A stretch of 64,000 bases of DNA from Vitrella brassicaformis CCMP3155 (Eukaryota; Protista; Chromerida), in contig CDMY01000982.1 of NCBI GenBank assembly GCA_001179505.1, forward strand, positions 1-64,000. The letters run 5' to 3'. Positions 1-11,044 of this stretch are shown here, piece after piece (within the stretch, counting starts at the first letter, position 1; the number at the start of each line of letters is the position of its first letter). The notes below the pieces were generated by a model. That model saw only the letters and a list, made by a program, of their open reading frames with translations. It was not told the origin of the DNA and made no database searches. The position numbers and the translations under genes were made by a program.

Positions 1-851
1 TGACTTCATATATGAGTTGCATGAGATGGAGCAGTGGGTGCTTGACGCTGACTTGTCAGACTAGCACCCACTGCTCCATGGGAAGGGCAGATAGGCCTTG
101 TGCATGCATTCTGCATGTGCCTGTTGCCTGTTTGGTGTGTGCTGTGGACAGAGAAGATGCCTGGTTGCGCCGGAAGGTAGCGCCGGGCTTAGGGACAGGT
201 GTCTCGTCAAACCCTTAACCAACCAACCAACCAACCGACAAATGGCGTACGAGGCGCCGGTGGCTCGGCTTCCTGAAATTCTTCTGACGACGCCCATTTG
301 CGTGAAGGCAGAGAGGGTCACAGATGCGGTTCACCCTCCTGAACGAGTCGAGGAGATAGCGAAAGGCATCATCAAGCGGTTGGTGGAGGTCGCAGGAAGC
401 AAGAAACTTGGGCTGTCGGCAATGCACAGGAGTGGAGCGGCGTTTCGTGTGGCCGCATCGGTGAGGAAACAAGGGACGGGGGAAAGGTCCAGACCCGCCA
501 CGGTGAGGCACTGACAGGAGAGAAAGATGACTGACTGCCTGACTGTCTCTGTGGTTGGGTTGCCTGTGTTGAGTGTAGCTGTTTCCCATCGGGACAAAAG
601 GAGGTGCAAGTGTCGCGTGCACCTTACACACCTTTTGGGAGGCACTCGCCTACCGGAATGCACTCGTTGAGGTCATCGACCTCGCGAAGGGGACGGGTGT
701 CCCTCCCGAGGTTCCAAGCAAGACGGAGGTGGTGCGTCAGCTGTGGCAGACATACAGACTGCCGGTCAGGGGGGTCAACATGGTGTGGGACGACCACGCA
801 GAGGGAGGCGGAGAAATGAAGGAAACGAGCATAGAGAGTCTGAGGCTGTGA
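1..851 (+). CDS. 3' part of a multi-exon hypothetical protein gene; 5' exons unresolved or outside the window
   Basis: Exon ...ERVTDAVHPPERVEEIAKGIIKRLVEVAGSKK...FRVAAS, donor GTGAGG, acceptor gagtgtag, then last exon LFPIGTKGGASVACTLHTFWEALAYRNALVEVIDLAKG...IESLRL with TGA at 849-851. Phases of the upstream exons could not be reconciled by eye. Confidence 0.45.
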
Positions 852-1256
852 GAGCAGGCGATGAGCTTTTTTGGAACTGGTTAATATATGTGTGTGTTCG
901 TGCCATGTAGACATGAGTAACAAGTTTGACCTACAGGGTGGGAATGACTAAGGATTGAATAATGGTCGTTGCCTAAGGCTGCCATCACGACGAGAACGGG
1001 CCGAGGATGACGATCTGGGGCTGCTCCCGGTGGCGCTGGAGGTGCTGCGGGGGCCAGGGGCTGACGGGGCGCTGCAATAAAGGATCGGCGCAGCTGGCTG
1101 AGGACGTTTTTGGCAGCCGTCACTGGTCCGACCGTCACCGCATGAAGTTTGTGTTGTCTTAGATACTATCCAAAAACTCTCCGGTCCCCCTTCGCGCCTT
1201 TCTGTCGTATGCAAAACAAATAACAAATATGCCTCGCTAATCAGCCAGCCAGGCAG

Positions 1257-3858
1257 TCAGTCGATAGAGTGGTTGAAGTCCTTGAGTATGAGAATGGTCT
1301 TGTCAAGGTGCAGCAGGTGGCACTCGAGCTGGTCCTCGGCCAGCTGACGGGCTGACAGGCTCTCCTGCTCCTCGTCCGTCATGCTGCGGTCGCTCCTGCA
1401 GGCAGGCAGGCAGGCAGTCGCACAGATATCGATCGACACGACAGATACAAAGGCCAATTGTGTGTGTATCATGCGTCATTCACGCATGCCACGCACGCAC
1501 CTGAGGAACGCAGTCAGAAGCTGTTTGCTCTCCTTGTCCAGCCGCGCTCGCATGTTGGCTGCAGTCTTGAGGACGTCGCGCAGCACCAACTCGCGCACCT
1601 CGCTCTCTCTGACGGTGAAGATGTTGAAGGACTTGGTGGTGTAGCCCTTGTTTGCGGCCGCATCGCCGCCGGCCCTCTGTGTCCCCCCACCACCACCGGA
1701 GGTGCCAGCACTGCCAGAGCCAGGAGGCCGGCCGACGTCCTGAATGGCCGCCCACCCGTTGACCAGCAGCGCATTGAGGGCCTCCCGACATGTCTTGGGC
1801 GGCAACAGGCACAGCTCACCGATCTATATGACATTGTGCACAGAGAGAAATACAAAATGCCCCGGACTCTCTGTTTGTCACCGCTGGCTGTAAGTGACCT
1901 TCTTGTCGTCGTGTTTGGCCCCCTGCGCTAACAGAGTGTACACTCGCGCACCCGCCAGACCAACACGAGCCTTGACCGCACTGAGAAGTAGTGAGTCACA
2001 ACGTGACAAATGGGCCTGAATGAATGGGCGTGGCTGGCGTGATATGCATGTCTGTCTTGTCTTTGCTGACTTGAAGACGACGCGCGACTGAACGGCTCTG
2101 TGGGCGTTGTCCCACATGAGCTGATAGGTGGTCACGGGATCGTCGCCGTGGACTGACAAGAAAGACATACACATACAAGACATGATCTCCACCCTCTCTC
2201 CTTGAATCAATTGTGCAGGTGCAGACGCCTACGTGTGTCCCTCTTGACCACGATCTGGTCGGGGTGCTTGACGAGCCTCTCGAGGGCCTGCAGCATCTGG
2301 GTGCGGTGCTGCATGGCCTTGCTGGGGGTCTTGGTCGTTTGCTGCATTGCGGAGCCTCCGCGCAAGTACGACTCGCACCGCTGCTCCAACTGCTCGAACG
2401 TCAGGGCAGCTGAAAGCCACACCAACGCACAGCAAAAGGGATGGATGTCTCTGACATACGGACGATGCCCTGATTTTTACATGTTTCGACGTGTTTCTGG
2501 CCGATCATCCTCACGGTGGTCAGGAGGGCCTTGACAATGATGGAGGCCAAACGAGTGGTGCGCACGAGGGCGAACCGCTGAACCATCTGAATCGACGAAG
2601 ACGCATCGAGTGCTCTTTGGGCGAATGCGCTATTTCTATTAATGCTCACATCTTTGGCCAATTCCAGCGTCAGGAATCGCGAGTTGACGCGATAGACCCA
2701 GCCCTTGTCCTCTATAGCCTGCAGCTGTGCCGCCACGCCCCTCTTGTCGCCCTTTCGTCTCCGACCACCCTTACCCTCCACAGCTGCATCGCCATACTGG
2801 TCCTCTGGCCACTCCGCCCCCATCGGGTGGTCCTCTGCGTCCTCCTCGTGACGTAGGCTCCTCACGGCGTCGCCCTTCTTGCCCTTGCGTCTCTTGCTGC
2901 TGGTGGCTGTGGCTTTGCCCTTGTCCTTCTTCTGTGCCGCCCTCTTCCTGCCCCCGCCCCTCTTGGCTGGCGATGTCGGCTCGTCAGGCTGCTCGTCCTC
3001 TGCCCTCCTTGTCTGCCGCTCCTTTGGCCGAGCCGGGTCGGCCCTGCAGAGCATCGTGTGGCTGACCAGCCACAGGAACTCCTCCTCGAAGCGTTTGACA
3101 CGAATCAGCTGACTGTCCTGGGCAGCTGAAGGCCCATGCAGATCCATCTCGTCTTCGTTGTCGTCTTCTTGACCAGCCAACTCGGGTAGCACCTCTGCAA
3201 GCACGCATATACATACACAAGCGCATGTCAGCGGCCGCCATATGCGCGTATGGCCGCCCCGCCCGTATGTATGGTGTGTCCGCACCTGATGTCTTGAGTG
3301 CGGCGTCGATGGAGCGTCTCATTTTCATTCTGCCATGTTTCATGACCTCTTCCAGCACCAGTCTGGCCATGGCGCCCCTGCCCTGCTCCTGCTCGTCGCG
3401 CATCTCCTCCACATAGAGTAGGAACCGCGCGAACCGCTGGCGCACAAGGATCTCGTCCAGGTCAGCGGCGTAGACGATTGGCGGGGCCACAGCGTCGGCG
3501 GAGGCAGCGGCCGTCCCGCTGTCGTCGATGAACTGACTGTCGTCCTGTAGAGGTTGATGGATGCACAACAGAGGAGAGAGGACAAACGAACAGAGGGATG
3601 GATTCATCAAACACTCTGACGAATGATTTGTAGGCCTGTGTGCATCTATCTGTATGTGACCTGTATGCGCACACAGTTGTGTTGGATGAGGACCAGGATG
3701 GCGTTGCGGCACTGTGTCCACGGCAGCCGGGTGAAGACCAGCAGGTCCGACAGCGGCGAGGGGCCCCGAGTGAGCAGACACTCAGCCACGCACTTGACCA
3801 GTGGGCCAAAGTGCTCCTCCAGGAGAGCCAAAGCCAACGACAGCTCCTCAGCCAACAT
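1257..3858 (-). CDS. RPC3: DNA-directed RNA polymerase III subunit RPC3 (C82/RPC62), multi-exon
   Basis: N-terminus MLAEELSLALALLEEHFGPLVKCVAECLLTRGPSPLSDL...CRNAILVLIQHNC matches the RPC62 N-terminal winged helix (LLQEHFG...ALCVLVQHN). Later exons AVKARVGLAGARVYTLL, IGELCLLPPKTCREALNALL, KSFNIFTV...LKTAANMRARL and C-terminal QLECHLLHLDKTILILKDF follow the RPC3 order. TGA at 1257-1259. Confidence 0.9.
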
Positions 3859-4016
3859 CCTGTTCCGAGAACGATGCTAATTTTGATTTTCACGGCAGTT
3901 TCATCTCTAAACGATCTGAAGATCTTCTCCCCTCCTTTTTCTTGCTTGGAGACGATGGAACATAGTTTGGCATCGGTGGTGCTGAAGATCTGACGCACAG
4001 GAGGCATCCGCCGGAA
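3859..4016. promoter_or_regulatory. Probable bidirectional promoter between RPC3 and the mitochondrial intermediate peptidase
   Basis: Only 158 bp separate the divergent ATGs at 3858 (-) and 4017 (+). The spacer holds a short + strand upstream ORF at 3955-3993 (MEHSLASVVLKI*). Confidence 0.55.
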
Positions 4017-7000
4017 ATGCTTCTCCGCCTCTCCCGTCCATTGCGCAATGCTGTGCATTCCCTCCGCCCATCCCCCGCTGCAGCCCACTCTGGCCAGCAG
4101 CATCACAGCACAGCACAGCATGTCAGCTGCCGGCCTTTCTTCTCATGGATCAAGAAGCGGCGGCGAAGCGACGGACCGCCGCCGAGCCAGTCAACAGAGC
4201 CTGGACTAGTGGGCCTCCCTGGTACACAGAGAGTGAGATAGATAGATGACACGACCCATGGCACGCATTCGTGTGGCCGTGTGTCTGTCCGTTCGTGCGC
4301 GCCTGAACCCAGGTGTGTTCAAGCCCCCTGATTTTGTGGATCTGGCGAGGGAGGTGGTGCGGGACTCCAGACGGCTGCTGAGCAGCGGCAACGAGGACTT
4401 TGGCCGAACCGCAAAGCACGCCGTCCACACGCTCGACGCTGTGTCAAATGCCCTCTGCAAAGTGGCAGACGCAGGTGAGCTGATTGATGGATGGGCGAGG
4501 TGGCCATCCATCCATCCATCTTTGCATCCATCCTGGCATCCATTTATGGCATTCATTCAGGCGAGTTGGTACGTACGCTTTCAAACGATCCCGAGTGGGT
4601 GCAGAGCAGCAACGAGGTGGTCAACGAGATCAGCGGGTGCATAGCGCACTTCAACCTGGACACCCACATCTACCGCACACTCACGGGCCTCGAGGAGAGG
4701 GGCAGGGGGGAGGGGGGCGTGGCCGACCTAACAGAGGAGGAGAGGAGGGTGTTTGTCGCCATGAGAGAGGCCATGGAGCAACAAGGCGTCCACCTCCCAG
4801 AAGGGTAGGTACACCTACCTATGCCTGTGCCACGTGTGTGGGCACTCGTTCTTCCCTCTGTTATGTCCGCATGGCATGAAGTGAGCGAGAGATGGCGATA
4901 GCCAACATCAAGATGGAGTCTGAGCTGGCCTACGATGTCATTGCCATGTCGCGATCGCAGCAGCGGGGCCTGTGGCTCAGCTCTGACGCCCTCACCAAGG
5001 CCTTCGACGCCACTGACTTCGATGTGACGAAACACCTGGGCACCCTGCAGCGGCGGCACAGCGGGGGCGAGGAGCAGGTTTATGTGGCGGAGGACAGCTC
5101 CGTCGCAAGAGCCATCGTCAACTACGCCAAAGACCCAAAACTCAGAGAAAGGTCCGCGCAATCGCTTCCTGTCCCTCTGTCTTGGCCTGTATGTGCGCTA
5201 TGTGTCTATCCAGGGTGTTCAATCTGTCGTCGCAGAGCAACCAGGAGGTGGAGTCTCTGCTGGTGGAGCTATTGTCCACTCGGCAGCAGCTGGCACAGTC
5301 GAGGGGTTACCAGAACTGGAACCACTACAGCCAGAGAGAGGGCATCCTCAGGCAACCGTCACAGGTGGAAGGCTTCCTTAGCGACGTGCTCGAAGGCCTC
5401 AGACCTGGTATCGACGGCCGGATGGATGGACACAATCGATTCAGCAGGAGATTGTGTGCACAAGTGTGGACGCAATTTGATGCAGGTATAGCGTGCGAGC
5501 TGGAGACGTTGTCTCGGATGAAGAGGGCCGTGGAGGGCGGCGGCAAGGGGGACGGACTCATGCCCGCCGACCTCCACTACTGGACCAACGTCTATAAGAG
5601 AAAACACGCCGCCGACACCGCCGACAAAATGAAGTCAGAGGGAGCCAGACAGACACAGACACAGACACAGACAGACAGGCAGGCAGGCAGACAGATGATA
5701 TAAGCTATGGCCGTCCTCTCTGTCTCTGTTTGCCCCTGGCAGGCCCTACCTAACGCTTTCTTCTCTGTTTGCGGGGGTCCGGCATGTGCTCTCGCATCTG
5801 TTCGAAGTGGACCTGCGGCCCACACCAGCACACCCACGCGAGCTGTGGCACTCAGACGTCCTCAAGTTCACCTTGCACCCCCTCAACGCGCCACAGGACG
5901 GATCCTCGGTGCCCCTGGGCACCCTGTACGTCGATCCATGGGACCGGCCTGGCAAGAACGTCGACTCTGCACAGTTTACTGTGCGGTGTTCCAAGAACAT
6001 GGGCTGGTTGAGGGAGCACGGCATCAGTCTCGGTGGGACGCTGCAGGACATGGGTGTGGTGGACGGCTACCAGACGCCCTGTACAGCCCTGGCGCTGCGG
6101 TTGTCCCCGCCGGCGCCCGCTCTCTCGTTTTCAGCGGCCGATCGGATGAAGGGCACGTTCGTGAGCGCGGCTGAGGCCAAGAACGTGTTCCATGAGTTTG
6201 GTCACGTGACGCACGCGTTGCTGTCCCACACGGAGATGCAGCACATGTCCGGCACTCGAGGGGCGGTGGACTACGTGGAGTTCCCCAGCCACTTGTTCGA
6301 GCACTTCGGCAGCGTCCCCGATTGCATCAGTGCCTTTCTGCGGCACTGCCGCACCGACGAGACGATGCCCCAAGAGTTAGTGAATGCCTTCGGAAAGGCA
6401 AGACTGTTGTTCGTACACACCGAGAGCGCACAGCAGGTAACGTCCAGCCCTATGGGACGGATGGGACGAGTTGCTGAGCCACCTATCTGTTGCTGTTCGA
6501 TCTGTCTTTATCTCCCTCGTTGGTTCACGTGTATGTATGACAGGTCTTGTATGCGCTGATCGACCAGGGGTTTTACCATTATGGCAAGCCCCCTTTTGGC
6601 GTGTCTGCAGTGCAGTCGCACCTGGCGTCCTATCTGCAGACCTTCGGTGCCCTGACGGCTCACCCCACTGACGCCGCCCCCGCCCCCCTCCTCTCGTACC
6701 TCTCGCCCCCCGCACTCGCCACATTCGACCACCTCGTCCACTACGGTCAGTTAGCACCCACGCGTAATAGAATGCGCGAGCATGAGAGGGGGGGCTTCCA
6801 TATATCCATGTATCCATCCATCCGTGAATGGGTGTGCTGTGTGTGGTGCGTGGCAGGTGGTTCGTACTACTGCTACCTATACTGCCGTGTGTTGTCTTCC
6901 TACCTGTGGCACGCGGGGTCGTTTGCACACGGCGACCCGTGGGCGCGGGACAAGGGCCGACGGCTAGAGGCCATCTTCCGCAGCGGCAGTGTGACGCCCA

Positions 7001-7140
7001 CGCTGGGCAGTGTGCTCACTCTGGTTGATGGAAGTGCTGTGGACACCTGTGAGTTTCGTGTGAGTGAGGATGCGCCGGAGAAGATCCCACTGGAGCCGTA
7101 CTTACGAGACCTGAGGCAGGGCCTGCCGGCCGGAGACTGA
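4017..7140 (+). CDS. MIPEP: Mitochondrial intermediate peptidase (peptidase M3A, Oct1/MIP), multi-exon
   Basis: Arg/Ser-rich presequence MLLRLSRPLRNAVHSLR. Conserved segments TLDAVSNALCKVAD, RQQLAQSRGYQNW, PYLTLSSLFAGVRHVLSHLF and the zinc motif VFHEFGHVTHALLSHTEMQHMSGTRGAVDYVEFPSHLFEHF (HExxH plus downstream E). Also FDHLVHYG and YYCYLYCR. TGA at 7138-7140. Confidence 0.92.
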
Positions 7141-7274
7141 GCGAGTGAGTGAGAGGGGAGTGAGTAGTGATGACTTGGACGCCTTTTGCCTGGCATTCGA
7201 CGTAGACACGTGCCCCATGTAGACACGCATTCAACATATTGATAGGAAGCGAGTCCGATACCAAGCCCATATTC

Positions 7275-7333
7275 ATCGCCCACTCATCAGTTTCGATAAT
7301 CCTCTCTCTTCATCTCCCCAAGCGGGAGTGTGT
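7275..7333 (+). repeat. Copy 1 of a roughly 55-nt dispersed repeat (copy 2 at 9391-9445)
   Basis: atcgcccactcatcagtttcgataatcct...caagcgggagtgtgt aligns with atcgctcactcatcaatttcgataatcct...caagcgggagtgtgt, with a 4-nt length difference in the middle. Confidence 0.7.
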
Positions 7334-7475
7334 ATGTGTGTGTGTGCGCGTGGTTCGCTGCTTGGCTGACACCACATGCAGACAACACACACAACACTGA
7401 TATAGGATATACACACTCTCTCACGTATATGCACACCTGCCACCTGTGGAGCTATACATGCACAGCAGAGAAAAG

Positions 7476-7796
7476 TTACCGCCCCTTGTAATTCTCCGTG
7501 TAGTTCTGCAGCTTCCACATGGCGCCCCGCAGCATCGACAACCCGTTGTGGAATTCGGCTGTGGTGGCATTCACAGCCGCCAACGTCGTTTTCGTGCCGT
7601 TGTTGAACACGAGCACAGCCGAAGTGACGTTTTCAGAGAAGATCGCCGACACGTTGCTGACGGACACGTTGCCGAATATTTGAAGTGTGTCGCGGAGTGC
7701 CGTCGTCGCCTCCGTGATGACGGTAGGTGCTTCGATGGTCAAACTTTCCGTGTGCCACCAGGCGAGCCCAAAGAGGATTAGCACAAGGACCAGCAT
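7476..7796 (-). CDS. Hypothetical secreted or type II membrane glycoprotein (intronless ORF; may belong with the 7902-8189 ORF)
   Basis: MLVLVLILFGLAWW hydrophobic start, then a Thr-rich stretch with six N-glycosylation sequons (NVS, NVS, NVT, NGT, NAT, NYT). Confidence 0.45.
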   Translation of the reverse strand: MLVLVLILFGLAWWHTESLTIEAPTVITEATTALRDTLQIFGNVSVSNVSAIFSENVTSAVLVFNNGTKTTLAAVNATTAEFHNGLSMLRGAMWKLQNYTENYKGR

Positions 7797-7901
7797 GATG
7801 CAAAACTGCTTTTTACCAGAGGAGGCAGCCGTCACACACGAACGTGCAGATTATTTGCAGAGGCTGTTGAGGGTTCGCCAGCCATCTGAAGAATCGTTCG
7901 G

Positions 7902-8189
7902 CTACCCGATCAGCCGCCGCCAGTTCTTGCACCGCTCTCGTTGTGCAGTAGATGAAAGCGAAAGTAAAGCCGACGCGATGACCTGGTCCACGAGCTTGGG
8001 GCGTTGAATCCACGTGTGCGGCAGGTAGAGGGTCACTATGGCCGCCGCAATGCACCCAAGCGCGATCCACAGCCATCCCACCGCCTTCCACGCTGTTGCA
8101 GGGAACTTACGGTTCCAGACGTCATCTTCTAAAGTCGCTGGAGTCGGTGGCGCTCCTCCTCCATCTTCTTCGATCTCCACAGACTCCAT
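7902..8189 (-). CDS. Hypothetical small membrane protein
   Basis: ATG-initiated 95-aa ORF MESVEIEEDGGG... with a hydrophobic segment AVGWLWIALGCIAAAIVTLYL. Divergent from the 8299 gene with a 109-bp spacer. Confidence 0.4.
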   Translation of the reverse strand: MESVEIEEDGGGAPPTPATLEDDVWNRKFPATAWKAVGWLWIALGCIAAAIVTLYLPHTWIQRPKLVDQVIASALLSLSSTAQRERCKNWRRLIG

Positions 8190-8298
8190 TCTCCGCCGAA
8201 GAAGGTGTCAAGCAGCTGTTCCACTCTGACCAGGTCACTCACAGCCCGCGGATTATTAAATTGCACCCAGGAAGGTTTCACGGAGGTGAGGAGAGGCG

Positions 8299-8778
8299 AT
8301 GTGGCGCTACCCTTTTTCCTTTCACCGTGTGTTTGACCTCGACCAACGCCCGCCACGTGGTTTCCCGCCCAAGTGGAGAGGGCCCTTTCCCGAAGAAGTT
8401 GATGGCTACAAGGACGTCCTTGTGTACTATATGGACAAGGAACCCAAAATATGTCGCTTGCCCGAGTACGAGATGTACTGTGCGTCCGGTGGCTCACCGC
8501 GGTTTGCCAACGACTATGCTATGCGGCTCATATGGAAGGAGCTTCGGGAGCAGGGACTCGAGTGCTACAGGATGGTGCGGTTCGTAGACACATTTGGGTA
8601 TGACTTACAGCCCGTCCAGCTGGAGCACCACCAGGCCTACGGGCTCTGGCTCGGTGAGGACGGGACGGACACATGCACCCACTCACTCACGGACCACACG
8701 AGGCACACAAGATGCAGACAGGAACGCATAGGCAATCGACCCTCTCTCTTTCCATATGTGTCTGTCTGTCTGTCTGTC

Positions 8779-8815
<37 letters not shown>

Positions 8816-8952
8816 GTCCGTTGTGGTCGGCCGAGAAGGAGACCGAGTGGCGGAGAGACAACGCACCTGCTTTGGTCAAGTGGTGGCGGCGCGTCACTCA
8901 GAGGAGGCACCGACCAGCCGACGACGAGGCAGCGGAACCACTCGCCGAGTAG
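8299..8952 (+). CDS. Hypothetical protein, 2 exons (8299-8653, 8816-8952), 163 aa
   Basis: Canonical 162-nt intron (GTGAGG...tgtgtag) joins ...HQAYGLWL-G-PLWSAEKETEWRR... in frame. Composition is globular and aromatic-rich. Confidence 0.65.
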
Positions 8953-9390
8953 CTATAGACAGCTGGGAACAGGTGCAGGATAGGACAGGGGACAGGGAGA
9001 GAGATAAAGATAGACTTGGTCTGTCGAAGGCGCGCACAGCTGTGTCTGTGTCAAGTCCATGAGTGCCAGGGCCAGATTCTCGACAGCCACACTTTTGTGA
9101 CTCTTTTATATTTAGTCTGTATATAACCGCCGACCAATGCCCACACGACCCTTGGGCCCATGACTGACTGCAGCCAGTAGCTAAGGGTGTGCCTCTTCAG
9201 CGTGCTTGCTCTTTTCTGCTGCCCCCCGCTGTGTCTGTCGCCCTCCTCCCCGGCTGTGTCTGTCTATCTCTCTGTTGGGCCGACGTGGGCCGAGGACTGC
9301 GGCGGATTCCACCTGATGTGCCTCGTGTGCGTGGGCATGTCGACATCATGGAACAAGGACCGCCTGCAAAGTATGAACAACGCCGTATGA

Positions 9391-9445
9391 ATCGCTCACT
9401 CATCAATTTCGATAATCCTTTCTTCATGCGCAAGCGGGAGTGTGT
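9391..9445 (+). repeat. Copy 2 of the roughly 55-nt dispersed repeat (copy 1 at 7275-7333)
   Basis: Direct sequence alignment with 7275-7333. Confidence 0.7.
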
Positions 9446-9912
9446 CTTTCTTTCCCTGAGTATCGAAACACAGACACTCAGCCATGCGATGCATTCGTAT
9501 GACAACTCAAGTGTCTCAGATTCGCATCGGTCCATAATTCAACTTATGCCCTCACTCATCCATTCGTGGAAAAAGGCGGAAAAGGCTGATAGTGTTTCCT
9601 TCGTCTGTCTGTCTCTTCAGGTGGCATGCATGCAAAAAGTGGACGGCACCCGCAAACAGCGCACGCAAAAAGAGGGACGGAAAGTCATAAACGCCGGCTA
9701 TATATAATGGAGGAGCTGTTGGACTCCCTCGGTCTAATCGGACTGATTGATGGACGGGCGGATCACACTGTGGCTGCCATGGCGCACAGACAGACCAACA
9801 GACAGGTGAAAGGGTGAGTCATGTGTGCGCTTGTCTGTCTGTCTGTCCGTCCGTCTGTCTGTCTGTCGGTCGGTTGCTGACTGGATGGCTCACATGTAGT
9901 GAGTTTAGTGAG

Positions 9913-10318
9913 TTAGATGGTGCAGCATCGGTGTCCGTCGGGGCCTGTGATGCACCTCGTCCACGGGGGAAGGTGGCACTCCCCGTCATGCCTGCAGGTC
10001 ATACAGAGGGTGCCCTGCAGTTGACGAACGCGAAGAGAGGAGGAGGCCCCCTCGGAGGCCGCCGTGGGCTGTGCACTGGGGGACCGGGGGTGGCCGGCGC
10101 TGTCATCTGAACAGTCACAGACAAACAAACAAACAGACAAACAGACAGACAGACAGACACACAGAGACAGACAGACACCGGAATACTTATACAGTGAAGA
10201 CATGCAGGGTAGGATTGCATGGGTGCGTACGTGGGTCAGCTGACGTGGGAACGACACAGAGAGCCATCACCACACCGAGGCAGAGCAGCAACAGAGACAC
10301 GCGCGACACAGACGACAT
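9913..10318 (-). CDS. Small secreted cysteine-rich peptide precursor, 2 exons (10318-10231, 10106-9913), 93 aa
   Basis: MSSVSRVSLLLLCLGVVMALCVVPTSA (signal peptide), phase-1 intron GTACGC...ctgttcag, then DPHDSAGHPRSPSAQPTAASEGASSSLRVRQLQGTLCMTCRHDGECHLPPWTRCITGPDGHRCCTI*. Exon lengths 88+194=282 nt are in frame. Confidence 0.7.
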
Positions 10319-11044
10319 CGTGGCTGGTGGGTAAAGGAGCGACTAAGGTGATCAATCAGATGGACGCAAAGGGCAGCGCAAGCAGCTGGGAGGGAGGGAG
10401 GGAGGGAGGGAGGGAGGAACCAACAAGCTCCAAGTATGTAGGGAGAAAGGGATATTGGATTGGTGGACGATGGATGGCTCAAAGCACATTCAGGCGTCTT
10501 AAGAGAACCGCACGTCGCTGTCTCCGGGCGGAGACCTGTCTTCGCGGGAGAGCGCGGCGACTTCGAGCGATCCGCGAGAGAGAAGTCTCGAGAAACACAC
10601 CAAACAAACGCACAGACCTCACTGCACAGCGAGCCCTAGCTCCACCGACGCCGCAGCCCCTTCCAGAAGGGTTGCAGCTGCATCGTAAGCATCTAGGTTA
10701 GAAAACTATGTGAATTGCAAAGAGTTTTCTGACTTTCCTCGCCAATTTACCGCACTCTCAGAGATTTGACCTTTTGCGAGTGCGCACGCTGACTCAACGT
10801 ACCACGAAGGTGTAGGGGGGTGAAACGGTGGACTTGCCCAGATTTGATGAATGGCGGCAACTGAATGGATGAAACTCTTGAGATCTGCGGTATAATGGCC
10901 GCCGTCCGCCGATGAGCGATCACTTAATGATTGACAAAACACGGGGAGGGCGGGAGTATTGTTGGCAATCAATGTCTCCGTCTCGCAACGCACACTACTG
11001 CATAGCGGCCAGCCAGCACCAGACTTCATCCATCCATCGCTCAT

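Noticed and set aside
3913-3924. GATCTGAAGATC 12-mer shared with 37285-37296, both upstream of + strand genes
   Set aside because: About 100 chance 12-mer pair matches are expected in 64 kb, so it is not significant without a genome-wide test.
7240-7330. Hammerhead-ribozyme-like CTGATGA and GAAA on the minus strand
   Set aside because: GAAA directly precedes CTGATGA with no stems II/III in the required order, and the second repeat copy lacks CTGA.
9270-9710. Possible small gene (…RGHVDIMEQ…FDNPFFMRKRE|WHACKKW…)
   Set aside because: No start exon could be found, several frames are equally plausible, and the segment overlaps a dispersed repeat.
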